Position numbers and translations under genes: made by a program. DNA of 64,000 nucleotides, taken from positions 143,656,001-143,720,000 of the forward strand of contig CM059432.1 of the NCBI GenBank assembly GCA_030390025.1, read 5' to 3'. Below, piece by piece: positions 36,730 to 48,909 of this stretch; positions within the stretch are counted from its first letter, which is position 1, and each line of letters opens with the position of its first letter. The notes below the pieces were generated by a model. The model searched no databases, was not told the DNA's origin, and saw nothing but the letters and a program-made list of their open reading frames with translations. The stretch comes from Squalus acanthias (Eukaryota).

Positions 36730-37130
36730 TTAATTCATTCATGGGATGTGGGTGTCACTGGCAAGGCCGGCATTTATTGCCCATCCCTAATTGCCCTCGA
36801 GAAGGTGGTGGTGAGCCGCCTTCTTGAACTGCAGAGGGTAGTTAAGAGTCAACCATATTGCTGTGGGTCTGGAGTCACATATAGGCCAGACCGGGTGAGG
36901 ACGGCAGATTTCCTTCCCTAAAGGACATTAGTGAACCAGATGGGTTTTTACGACAATCCGGTAGTTACATGGTCACCATTACTGGTACTAGCTTTTTATT
37001 CCAGATTTATTTAATTAACTGAATTTAAATTCCCCAGCTGCCGTGGTGAGATTTGAACTCACGTCTCTGGATCATTAGTCCAGGCCTCTGGATTACGAGC
37101 CCAGTGACATAACCACTATGCTACCGTACC
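36730..37130 (-). mobile_element. tRNA-derived SINE, second family (related copies ~18090, 42750, 46175, 57186)
   Basis: Minus-strand GGTAGCATAGTGG A-box and GAGTTCAAATC B-box; shared LINE-derived tail. Confidence 0.72.
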
Positions 37131-37299
37131 CCCGTGTGTGGGTGCAGGGATGGGGTGGGTGGGGATGTGGAGATTGGGGTGTGGGGGGGTGGGGTACGGG
37201 GATGGGGTAGATGTGGGGGGGTGGGGATGGGGTACGGGGGTGGTGGTGGGGATGGAGGGGTGGGGGTGGAGTGTGGGGGTGGAGTGTGGGGGGTGGGGA

Positions 37300-37590
37300 T
37301 GGCAACACGGTGGCATAGTGGTTCGCACCGTTGCCTCACAGCGTCAGGGACCCGGATGACTGTCTGTGTGGAGTTTGCACATTCTCCCCGTGTCTGCGTG
37401 GGTTTCCTCCGGGTGCTCCGGTTTCCTCCCACAGTCCAAAGATGTGCGGGTTAGGTTGATTTGGCTATGATAAATTGACCCTTAGTGTTAGGGGGATTAA
37501 ATACGTGGGGTTATAGGGATAGGGTGGGATATGTGTCGGTGCAGGCTCGATGGGCCGAAATGGCCTCTATCTGCATTGTGGGGATTCACC
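37300..37590 (+). mobile_element. V-SINE (HE1-like)
   Basis: Same V-domain as the 13.5 and 18.5 kb copies. Confidence 0.82.
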
Positions 37591-38854
37591 CCCCCTCAGC
37601 CCCCCCCCCACCCCACCTCCACCTCCACCCCCCCTCCCCCCCCTCCACCTCCACCTCCCCCCCTCCCCCCCCCCTCCACCCTCCACCTCCCCCCCCTCCA
37701 CCTCCACCTCCCCCCCCCTCCACCCCCACCCTCCCCCTCCACCCCCACCTCCCCCCCCCCTCCACCCCCACCCCCCCCTCCACCCCCAACCCATAACTCC
37801 ACATTACCACCTCGCTCTCTGCCTTCAAAATCTTTAACTCCTTTTTTTTGACCAAGCTTTAACTTAAGATAATCACAAAAATTAAACGGGAGGTTAGAAA
37901 ATAATTCTTCCCCCGCCTTCCTGACTCTCCTATTCCCCCTCTCGCTGAGTCCTCTCACTATCCACTGCCCTGTAAAGTACAAGAATGATAACCAGAGCGG
38001 AGAGGTTATAACTATCAGGAAAGACTGAACAGGCTGGGGCTCTTTTCTCTAGAAAAGGGAAGACTGAGTGGTGGCCTGATAGAGATCTTTAAAATTATGC
38101 TGTTTCCACTCATGGGGGAGTCCAAAACTAGGGGCCATCAATATAAGATAGTCACTAAAAAATCCAATAGGGAATTCAGGAGAAACTTCTTTACCCAGAG
38201 AGTGGTGAGAATGTGGAACTCGCTCCCACAGGGAGTGGTTGAGGCGAATAGTATCGATGCATTTAAGGGGAAGCGAGATAAACACATGAGGGAGAAAGGA
38301 ATAGAAGGAAATGCTGATAGGGTGAGATGAAGAGGGGTGGGAGGAGGCTCGTGTGGAGCAGAAACACCGGCACGGACATGTTGGGCCGAATGGCCTCTTT
38401 CTGTGCTGTACGTTCTATGTAATGCTGTGCGAGTCCCTTTCTCAGTACAGAAAGAGCAGTATTTACTGTAACAAGTGTTCAATTTATTTCAAAACAAGAG
38501 GCAACAGTTTTGGGATTAGGTTAGATACACAACCAACAAAATATACGTGCTCTTCAAATACTCCAATGTATGTTTGCCCTTTGTTGCACAAAAGAACAAG
38601 AGGGGAGAGACTAGAATCTGATATCTTAGATATTCCCTCCTAACAGAGTTTAACACAGGCTGACTACAATTAGCCGCTAAATATTATTGATGTTCATATA
38701 TTGAAGGTTTTTTTTTAGAATGTGTTCGTACATTCTTCACGTGACATTTTAGGGTCCAGCATTTTTGTGACCCACAAATTTAATTTTTTAAGTATTTTCT
38801 TTGATATCATTTAACATTGAATCAGTTCAACTAAAATAACCATTTGTTTTGCAG

Positions 38855-38945
38855 GGCAAGGTAATCCTGATTGCCAAGGACCAAGTAACGAATGAAATTG
38901 GAAGATTTTCAATTTTTGGAATAAATCAAGTTTTTCATGTAATTG
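38855..38945 (+). other. Candidate non-coding terminal exon of the fibrocystin-L gene with AATAAA at 38920-38925
   Basis: TTTGTTTTGCAG acceptor ending 38854; poly(A) hexamer 65 nt downstream. Confidence 0.4.
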
Positions 38946-39139
38946 GACAGCAGGTGTATCGAGTAAGATGGTTTGCCACAGGTTTTAATATAAGTGTTTC
39001 TCCTTGGAACAAAATCATGAACAGATAATTTTTGTTCTTTTTCTTTTGTCAGTCCCCGTTCTATGTATTCATTAATATACAATGACTAATTATCGGTGCT
39101 TTTGATTTAATGGCAGTTTTCACGTGATGTTAATGCAGG

Positions 39140-39970
39140 GGATATCCCACCCAGTCTAATCCCACTCTCCGCCTCTCCCCGTACCCTTTAATATCCCACC
39201 CAGTCTAATCCCACTCTCCTGCTCTCCCCGTACCCTTTAATATCCCCCAGTCTAATCCCACTCTCCTGCTCTCCCCGTACCCTTTAATATCCCACCCAGT
39301 CTAATCCCACTCTCCTGCTCACTCCCCGTACCCTTTAATATCCCACCCAGTCTAATCCCACTCTCCTGCTCACTCCCCGTACCCTTTAATATCCCACCCA
39401 GTCTAATCCCACTCTCCTGCTCTCCCCGTACCCTTTAATATCCCAGTCTAATCCCACTCTCCTGCTCACTCCCCGTACCCTTCAATATCCCACCCAGTCT
39501 AATCCCACTCTCCCGCTCTCTCCCCGCACCCTTTAATATCCCACCCAGTCTAATCCCACTCTCCCGCTCTCTCCCCGCACCCTTTAATATCCCACCCAGT
39601 CTAATCCCACTCTTGCCTCACTCCCCACACCCTTTAATATCCACCCAGTCTAATTACACTCTCGCCTCACTCCCCGCACCCTTCAATATCCCACCCAGTC
39701 TAATCCCACTCTCCCGCTCTCTCCCCGTACCCTTCAATATCCCACTCTCCTGCTCTCCCCGTACCCTTCAATATCCCACCCAGTCTAATCCCACTCTCCC
39801 GCTCACTCCCCGTACCCTTCAATATCCCACCCAGTCTAATCTCACTCTCCTGCTCTCCCCGTACCCTTCAATATCCCACCCAGTCTAATCCCACTCTCGC
39901 CTCACTCCCCACACCCTTTAATATCCACCCAGTCTAATTACACACTCCTGCTCACTCCCCATACCCTTTA
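39140..39970. repeat. ~49-51-bp minisatellite derived from an antisense CR1 3' end
   Basis: Unit AATATCCCACCCAGTCTAATCCCACTCTCCTGCTCTCCCCGTACCCTTT; runs directly into a minus-strand CR1 fragment (to ~40260). Confidence 0.9.
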
Positions 39971-41544
39971 ACATTCCTCTTTTTCAAGGAACGGTCTAAT
40001 TCCTTTTTATTGATGGATTCTGCTTCATAACAGTTTGTGGCGCAGAATTCACAATCTAACCATCCTTTGTGTGCAAAGATATTTTTTCTAACCTCTCCTT
40101 CAATTCTTTTTGTGATTATCTTAAATTCCTGCCCTCTCGTTACCGACCAATGGAAACAGTCGATCATTATTTAACTCCGCGTAACCCAGCACCATCTTGG
40201 CGACCTCCATCAGGTTAACCTTTAACCTCCTCACCTGGCGAAAGTAGCCCTCACTTCTCACCCTGGTAACATCCCAGTCACTCTACTCCGAAGCTTTTCC
40301 TTTTGTTTTATATCCGTGTTGTCCAATAGAAACCGCTGACTTGTCACAGGTGTTGCTATGGAGACAGTTTTACCCACATGCACTAATTTTAGTAGGAAAT
40401 GCCTGACACACAATCCAGGTAAATGTACTTTACATGTTTATAATTACTGAATGAACATCTCCCATCATTCACTGACCAAGGAAGTAAAACACTCACACTC
40501 TGCTTTTCATTTTACCATTTTACTAACCAACGCAGAGAAAAAGGTTAATGTTCACACATATGACGTGTAATTATTGAGATCAACAACAACATATGACCAA
40601 TGACAGTGTCTATGATTCATTTTTTGTTTACAAGTCAGAAACGCAATTAGCCACATTTGGATTCCCAATTGGCTAGTGGTCTATGTATTTGACAACCCTG
40701 GTTTATATCTTTCCTATGCCCAAAACTGTACCCAATGTAGAAATTCAACATTACCTCGTTGCACTTGCATTCTGTGTCTCTAAACACAATACCAAGGATT
40801 CTGTTTGCCTTTTCATGGTTTTATCCACCTGCCCTGCCACCTCTGTAACCCGTGTACCTGCACACGAAGGGCTCCCTGCTCCATGAGAGATCTCATCATT
40901 TGTAATACTGTTAACTGTTCTAACTTGCAAAATGCATTACTTCACATTTCCTGTGTTGAACTGCACCTATAATTAAATCAATGGGAATTTGAAAGAATGA
41001 TTTTGATTAGATGTAAAATAAAGATTTCAATGACATTAAATTGCTCTGGTGTTGAATAAAAATTTATTTTAGGGGAAAAAAAAATTTGATATGGCTCAGT
41101 TCACAAGATCAGTTACAAAGTTTTGGGAATTTAAAGTCCAGTACCCATTTTCCTAGTGTTGATGATCAATTGCTTCATTTAAGGGGTGGGGCGTTGAGGC
41201 AGTAATCACTCGCAAATAATCTGTGCGCTCTTGCTTACCTGTAATCGGGGCTCCCGTTAAAGAAAGGAGTCCCAGTGGATGTGGAACCAGTGCACTTGTG
41301 ATCAGACTTTAAACAAAGCCCCTCTCTCCCCCTCCCTCAGCAGAAGGTAGGGCGGGCGCCCTACAACACCCCAACCTTTCCGCTGGCCGGTAGTTAGGGG
41401 GAACCTGCGCCACATGGTAAATGAAGGCGAATGATGTTTCTCGCCACTTGCGCTGCAAGATCAAAAACACAAGTGCGGGGCCCTGTAGCGGTCCGAGCAG
41501 ATGGAACGGAACCTCAACGCGCTTCCTGAATCTCAAAAGGTGCC

Positions 41545-41556
41545 AGCCATGGCTCA

Positions 41557-41591
<35 letters not shown>

Positions 41592-41975
41592 GTGGGTTCA
41601 CAGTCCCACTCCAGGGACTTGAGCACTAAATCAAGGCTGACACTCCCAGTGCAGTGCTGAGGGAGTGCCGCACTGTCGGAGGTGCCCCATCATTCAGATG
41701 AAACTTTAAACCTGCCCTCTTAGGTGGATGGAAAAGATCCAATGACACTATTGGAAGAAGAGCAGGGGGAGCTCTCCTCGGTGTCCTGGGGCCAATATTT
41801 ATCCCTCAACCAACATCACTAAAACAGATCATCTGGTCATTATCACATTGCTGTTTGTGGGAGCTTGCTGTGTGCAAATTGGCTCCCACGATTCTTACAT
41901 TACAACAGTGACTACACTTAAAAAGTACTTAATTGGCTGTAAAGCACTCTGAGATGGCCCGAGGTTGTGAAAGGG
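41545..41975 (+). mobile_element. Full-length Deu-core SINE
   Basis: A-box TGGCTCAGTGG, B-box-like GGTTCACAGTCC, Deu core and L2-like tail. Confidence 0.85.
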
Positions 41976-44698
41976 AGTTCTCTTTATTTGGACAGGTCTC
42001 TGGTCGACAGCCAAGGAGCAGTGAACCACTCCTTCCCAGAGAAACTCCATACGCTGCTACCTCTAAACTTTTGTGTGTGTGGGGGGTTACACAGGTCACA
42101 GCATCACTGGAGAGCTGCATCATGATCATTACTTGTGTAACTCCACCTACCCACTTTGTTTTTTTCTTTTTAAAAAAAACTAAGTAACAAAACTGAATTT
42201 ACAGAACAGGAAGTAGACAAATTTACTGAACCAGAAATACTCGACACCTGCAGCTTGGGTGCAAACACTGTCAGACGTTAAACCAAACGGTGGTGTGTGC
42301 AAGCACCCACGTCACTGAGGTTAGGAAGCAAAGCGGTAAGATCTGTAGCAATGATCTGTTCTCTATTCCAACATACAGCAGATGGCTAAGTGTAGCTGTC
42401 TGTGTTTGCACTAACTAAATGGTCAACAATTAGATCCAACTTTTCACCAATCAAACTACTTAGAGTTAGTGACCGCAAACATTCATCAGCTTTGCACTTC
42501 AGAAAGATGTGATGTGCCGCCTGGGTTCACTGGAGAATAGTGCTGTAATACTTATAACAGTGTTTGTAGGAAAGCATTACGAGACAGCTAAGAGTCTGCA
42601 TGCACGGTGTGCAGAAAGTCCCACAGACCAAAGTTTACCACAGCACACAGGATGTTCAACAGGTCTCTCTGTCCTTGGTAGCTTCCTTTTTCATGTTACA
42701 TTATTGCTCCGTGTCTTGGCTTTGAAAGGAGTAGAGAGAGTGTGGTCAGCGTTTATTGCCCATCCCGTGTTACCCTGAGGGCATTACGAGTCCATCTCGT
42801 GTGGGACTGGAGTCATGTGTAGCACAGACTGGGTAAGGGATGCAGAAACCTCCCTGAAGGACGCGAGTGAACCAGTTGGGTTTTACAACAATCTTTCGTG
42901 GTCATTTTTCTGATGCTGGCCCAGAAATTATCAGCATTTATTGAATTCAATTCACACTTTCCATGGTGCGATTTGAACTCACGGGCTCAGTATTGTCTAG
43001 TCCAGTACCAGAACCGTCAGCCTACCGTATCCAGCTAAGAAGGGAAATTCACCCTTATAATAGGTTGATAATAGGGCCAATCTCTCATTCTATTATTCTT
43101 TAGTACAGTAGATTCTTCCCCTCCCCTTCCTGACTTTCCTATTTTTCCTTCTACTGAGTCCTCTCACTATCCACTGCCCTGTAAAGTACAGGAATGACAC
43201 CAGAACTGAGAGGTTATAACTATCAGGAAAGACTGAACAGGCTGGGGCTCTTTTCCCTAGAATAAGAGAAGGCTGAGATAGATAAAGATAGAGATCTTTA
43301 AAGGAAATTAAGAAACTCGATAGGGTAGACATAGAGCTGTTTCCACCTGCGGGGGAGACCGAAACTAAAGGCCATAAATATAAGATAGTCACTAGTAAAT
43401 TCAATAGGGAATTCAGGAGAAACTTCTCCACTCAGTGGTGAGAATGTGGAACTCGCTACCACAGGGAGTGGTTGAGGCGAATAGTATAGATGCATTTAAG
43501 GGGAAGCCAGATAAACACATGAGGGAGAAAGGAATTGAAGGATATGCTGATAGGGTGAGATGAAGAGGGGTGGGAGGAGACTCGTGTGGAGCATAAACAC
43601 CGACATAGACCTGTTAGGCCGAATGGCCTGTTTCGGTGCTGTACATTCTTTTTAATTCTATGTAATTGTTGCTCCAACACAACACATCACACAGTTGTTA
43701 CAAAGTTTTTTTGGGTACATGAACGTGACAATGAGGTTTGTTTCAAGTACATACTTGAGCACTGGAAGCCATATTGGGTTTGTGACGGTTGACATACAAG
43801 TAGTTTTAACAAAATATATACTGTACAATTCCATCGCACGTCAATATAATCTTATAGGAACAGTGGACCATTCAGCCCCTCGAGCCTGTTCCACCATGCA
43901 ATTAACCCTTAATAACCGTGCCTAACAAAAATCGATCAATTTGTTTTGAAATTTTCAATTGACCCCGAGCCTCTACAGCTTTTTAGAGGAGTGTTCCAGA
44001 TTCAAGATCCAGTTCAAGAACATTAAAAAAATGACCAGATCTGTACGGTAGGATTTCATCAGAGAAACTTGACTGAAACTAGAGGCCAGATCTATAGCAT
44101 CGAAGCTTCCAGTAACTCACTTGTTACTCTGCTGCACAATACACAAGGCCGACTATACCAGGCTTTATGGAGTCTATGCTACACAATTTGCTGTATTTCC
44201 TCACCGCTGCAGTCATGAATTACTCACGCATCTGAGAAACAATTGTATCTGAGTCACTTAATAAAGCAGTGGAGAAAACACTAAATCAGGAACAATTATA
44301 GATGCATATGTTAGAGTCACATGGAATATAAATCAGGGCTTCAAGAACAATATTCTAATAAAATTAAATTATATGCCCCAGAATAGCTATTAATATTTCT
44401 CAGAACTATAGCAAACACGTGCAGAGATTAAAGGACATAATTAATAGCAATACCTTAATATTGATGCTAATTTTGGTGTTTAAACTAATTGTTATAATGA
44501 CCGCATGCTCCAACAAACAGTGCAGCCCTTCACTAGCATTCAATATTCTAAAATATATTGCATAGGTTCTGTAATGATCATAAAACTTTGCTGCCATTAT
44601 TAGCTTCAAGTAAAGCTGGCTTGCTTTTCCGGTCTCGGGTCATCTGTTTTCTCCATGTGTGTACGTTGGTGGGGGAGGGGGGTTTTCTGCTTTATCAG

Positions 44699-44731
<33 letters not shown>

Positions 44732-45424
44732 GAAACGCTGAATTAAGGCAGGAACCAGACGCAAAGTCTGCCTATCTTGTTTTGTTGCTCACTGCTGCCA
44801 TTTCAATAGTCTAGAAAAAAGTTCATTGTTTGTTTTTAAGTTTAACAAAAGAATTCCTCGTGCAGTGCAGAATGAAACAGGGCTCAGTGGAACCTGGTGC
44901 AGCAAATGAGAAATCATTTAAAATTGATGTCAAAATTTAAACATGACAATTTGGAGGAGACCATCATGTAAAAGTTAACAGTACAAAACAGACAAAAAAA
45001 AAATAGTAATTAGCCTGTAACTCTTCTCTGCTGCCTGCTACATTGCACCATTATCAGAAAACAGTGCAGGCACATAAAATCTTGACAGGGTGTAATGATG
45101 GGCAACAGAAATGAGGCCAAATCTCTCAAAATTGATCCAGGTTCTTGCCAAGAGGAAGAAAATACTTGTGAAGTTGTATGGACTACGAGCAGATCCAAGT
45201 TCCTCAGTCACAGTGGAATAATGTGTGCTGATAAAGTCTGTATTTAACATACACAAGGGACAAAGTTCTGAGTGACAAGATCTCCGGGGAGAGAACTACA
45301 AGTCATAGAATTTTACAGCACAAAGGCAGCCATTCAGCCCATCATCCCTAAGCCAGCTCTCTGAAAGAGCTATTCATTTAGTCTCTTTCTCGATACCCTT
45401 TTAAATTTGCTTTTTTTTAAAAAA

Positions 45425-47100
45425 ACAACTTGCATTTAAAGAGTGCCTTTAACGGAGAAAACCGTCCCAAGGCACTACAGAGGCGTAATCGGACAAAAAT
45501 AAAACCAAAGGAGGAGATATTAAGAGCGGTCGGTCAATGAGCTGGGTTTGAAGGAGGGTCTTAAAGGAGAGGCAGAGGAGTTTAGGGAAATTACCAAAGC
45601 GTGGGGCCCACCAATGGTGGAGTGAAGGGAAAGGCTGGAGCAGAACAAAGAATTCAGCAGAATTGGAGACATTGAGGGACTGGGAGCCATCGAGGGTCAA
45701 CAAAGGACAGGGGCGCGGGGAAGCAGGACAGGATACTGGCAGCAGAGTTTTGGATGAGCTGAAGTTTAGAGGGTGGAGAATGGGAGGCCTCCCAGAAAAG
45801 TCTGGAGGTGACAATGGCATGGATGAGGGCTGCAGCAGCGATGGGCTAAGGCAGGGGAGGATGTGGAGGATGTTGTGGAGGTGTAAGTAATTGGTCCTTC
45901 AAGAGGAGGATATGGGGTCAGAAGCTCATCTTGGGGTCGATGAGGATGCTCAGGTTGCAGAGTCTGGTTCAACCTAAGACAGTAGCTGGGGAGGGGAATC
46001 AGATTGGCGTTTGTGGTTGGGGGGGGGGGGGGGGCCCTGACGTTTAATTGGAGGACACTGCAGCTCTTCCAAGACTGGATGCCAGAGAAGCAGTCTGACA
46101 ACAGAGGTAGTGGAGGGGGTCGAGACAGTTAGTGAAAGTCAGAGCTGGGTGTTGTCAGCGTATATTTCTTTTTAAATTCGTTCATAGGGTGTGGGCGTCG
46201 CTGGCAAGGCCAGGATTTATTGCCCATCCCCAATTGCCCTGGAGAAGATGGTGGTGAGCCACCATTTCAGAGGGCAACTAAGAGTCAACCACATTGCTGT
46301 GGGTCTGGAGTCACATATAGGCCGGACCAGGTAAGGACGGCAGATTTCCTTCCCTAAAGGACGTTAGTGAACCAGTTGGGTTTTTATGACAATCCGATAG
46401 TTTCATGGTCACCATTACTGACACTAGCTTTTTATTCCAACTGAATTTAAATTCCCCAGCTGCTGTGGTGGGATTTGAACTCATGTCTCTGGATCATTAA
46501 CCAGGCCTTTGGATTACTAGTCCAGTAACATAACCACTATGCTACTGTACCCTGAAGCTGACTCCTGGCTTTGGATGAAGTTGCTAAGGGTCAGCACAAG
46601 ATAGATTTTTGGACTCTAGAGGAATCAAAGGATATGGAGAACGGAGGAAGTGGAGTTGAGGTCCAAGATCAGCCATGATCTTATTGAATGGCGGAGCAGG
46701 CTCGAGGGGCCAGATGACCTACTCCTACTTCTAATTCTTATGTTCTTATAAGGAAGAGGAAGGGGCCAAGCATTGATCCTTGGGGAACTCCAGAGGTAAC
46801 AGTGCAGGGGTGGGAATAGAAGCCATTACTGGAGATGCTTTGACCACGCTTGGATTGGTAAGAGTGGAACCAAGCGAGGGCAATCCGCTGAGGTGGACAA
46901 TGGAGGTGTTGGAGAAAGATGGTACAGTCAACCGCGTCAAAGGCTGCATGGAGGATGAGGAGGGATAATGCACCACGGTCACAGAGGATGTCATTTATGG
47001 CTTTGAGCAGGGCTGCGGCAATGGTTGAAAGCTGGAGGAGGCCAGGAAGAGGAGTTAGGTGGTCAGCAGTTCAGTGGGAATAGGATAGGTTGAAAGTACA
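45425..47100 (-). mobile_element. Antisense L2 fragments with nested SINE and CR1 tail
   Basis: Reverse complement resembles the 10.7 and 22.9 kb L2 copies; GVPQGSMLGP-like RT remnant near 46770-46790. Confidence 0.65.
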
Positions 47101-47134
47101 GTTCTAAGTAACTTGAGGGAGTTTCTTTCCAGGG

Positions 47135-47545
47135 GCCAATGCCTGAGTCATAAAGTGTGGGTCCAAGTTCCCATCCAGACACTCCAAGCACAAAATCCAG
47201 GCTGACACTCCAGTGCAGTATTGAGGGAGTGCTGCACTGTCAGAGGTGCCGTCTTTCATTGAGACATTAAACCCGACTGCCCTCAGGTGGACATAAAAGA
47301 TCCTACGGTACTATTTTGAAGAGCAGGGGAGATCGCCCCAGTGTCCTGGCCAATATATTTATCCCTCAACCAACATCACAAACAGATTATCTGGTCATTA
47401 TCACATTGCTGTTAGTGGGACCTTGCTGTGCACAAATCAGCTGCCACGTTTCCTACATTGCAACAACGACTACACTTCATTGGCTGTAAAGCACTTTGGG
47501 ATGTCCTAAGGTTGTAAAAGGCGCTATAGAAATACAAGTCTTTAT
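47135..47545 (+). mobile_element. Deu-core SINE
   Basis: Same core as the 41.5 kb copy. Confidence 0.82.
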
Positions 47546-47807
47546 TTTTCTTACACACTGCAGGTAGTGAAAGCAACAAAAGCTACTTGGGCAGGACTTG
47601 GGATACCACAGATTGAACTACACAAAGAAACGACCCAGCAGCGCCCGGAGTGACAGAGCGAAGCTGATCGCTATACGCATGTAGAAACATGATCTTCAGA
47701 TCAATTGCAAACCCAAGTTAGACTCCCGGTTAACACAGCAGCAAATCAGACACTGCCAACAAAACATCACATTGCTGCAGAAAGCATTTACGTCATCACA
47801 ACATTGT

Positions 47808-47813
47808 TTTATT
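47808..47813 (-). terminator. Candidate SEPT7 poly(A) signal AATAAA
   Basis: TTTATT on +, about 1.06 kb past the SEPT7 stop, at the end of an AT-rich repeat-free stretch. Confidence 0.45.
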
Positions 47814-48869
47814 ATGTGACTCTGTACAATACAAACAAAAAATACAGAGATGGGTAACATGTATACAGCTAAATGTGACTCTTTCTCCCTCCCTCCCTCC
47901 CGCCCCCCCTCCCACCCCCCCAAAAAAACCCTCGGAGGCCACGAATCCCATTTTGAGTAAGGAGATACAAGCTTGACTGCACTTAGCTGGAGAAAGGTAC
48001 ATTTATGGCTCCCGAGCTTAAATGTAATGCAGTACTTTAGTCAGTCAGTTACAATAAAATGCAAGAGAAAGCATGTTGTTGAACCCCCATTATTTCCTAA
48101 CATACAAATGCTATGCTTTTTTTTTTTTAATTTTTCAGCATTTTGCTGGGCAATATATGATGAAATATCTAAATTAATCGTTACAATAAATGAAGCAATT
48201 ACAAAAAAAGTAAAGGTTTTGCTAGAGAACATTAATTATTGAATGAAAACAGCAAAAAAATCTAAGACAACACATTATGTAAGTGGCCGAGTTTCCTCAC
48301 AAGCCTATTTAGTTTAAATATTTCTGTACGTTTTGGGGACAGGAGAACACTGAAAGGTGGAAGAGAAACCGGTGTTGCCCCAGAACCGAAATGTGTTAGA
48401 CAAGACTCTGCTATAGCTGCATTGCAATGAGGTTTGTGTTATTCTTAAAGCAGAGTGAAGCGGCAACAAATTATAGCATCGTTTCTTAAACATCTTTCAA
48501 AGTTCCCACATCTATGGAAGAACAGACAATATTCTGTAAACAATCAACCACCAGAACATGATTGCATGACAGTAACACATTTATCTGCATAAAAAGGGAG
48601 GCATCAGTTTTTTAAAAAAAAATTCAATTGTTGTGTCTCCACATACATTACACCCCAGATAACTCGAGACTTGTCTAGTTTCCTATACCAGAGACTACAA
48701 ATAGAAATTAATGTACAAACATAGTATTAGGTTGGCAATTTCACATGCTAATACATTAACATTAGAGATATAATAGGTGCAAAGTTGAATCCTTTCAAAA
48801 AAAGAAAAAAATTATGTCCAGGGCTGGCAAATTGGCAAGAAATACATAATTTGGTGGTCTTCAAATGTT

Positions 48870-48909
48870 TTAAAATATCTTCCCTTTCTTCTTGTTCTTC
48901 TCCAAGGTC
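48870..48909 (-). CDS. SEPT7: Septin-7 last coding exon (TLEKNKKKGKIF*)
   Basis: TTGTTTCAAAG acceptor; canonical SEPT7 C-terminus; TAA at 48870-48872. Confidence 0.96.

Noticed and set aside
34202..37982. Extensin-like or poly-Pro/Gly ORFs
   Set aside because: Products of the 22-bp array and low-complexity C/G tracts
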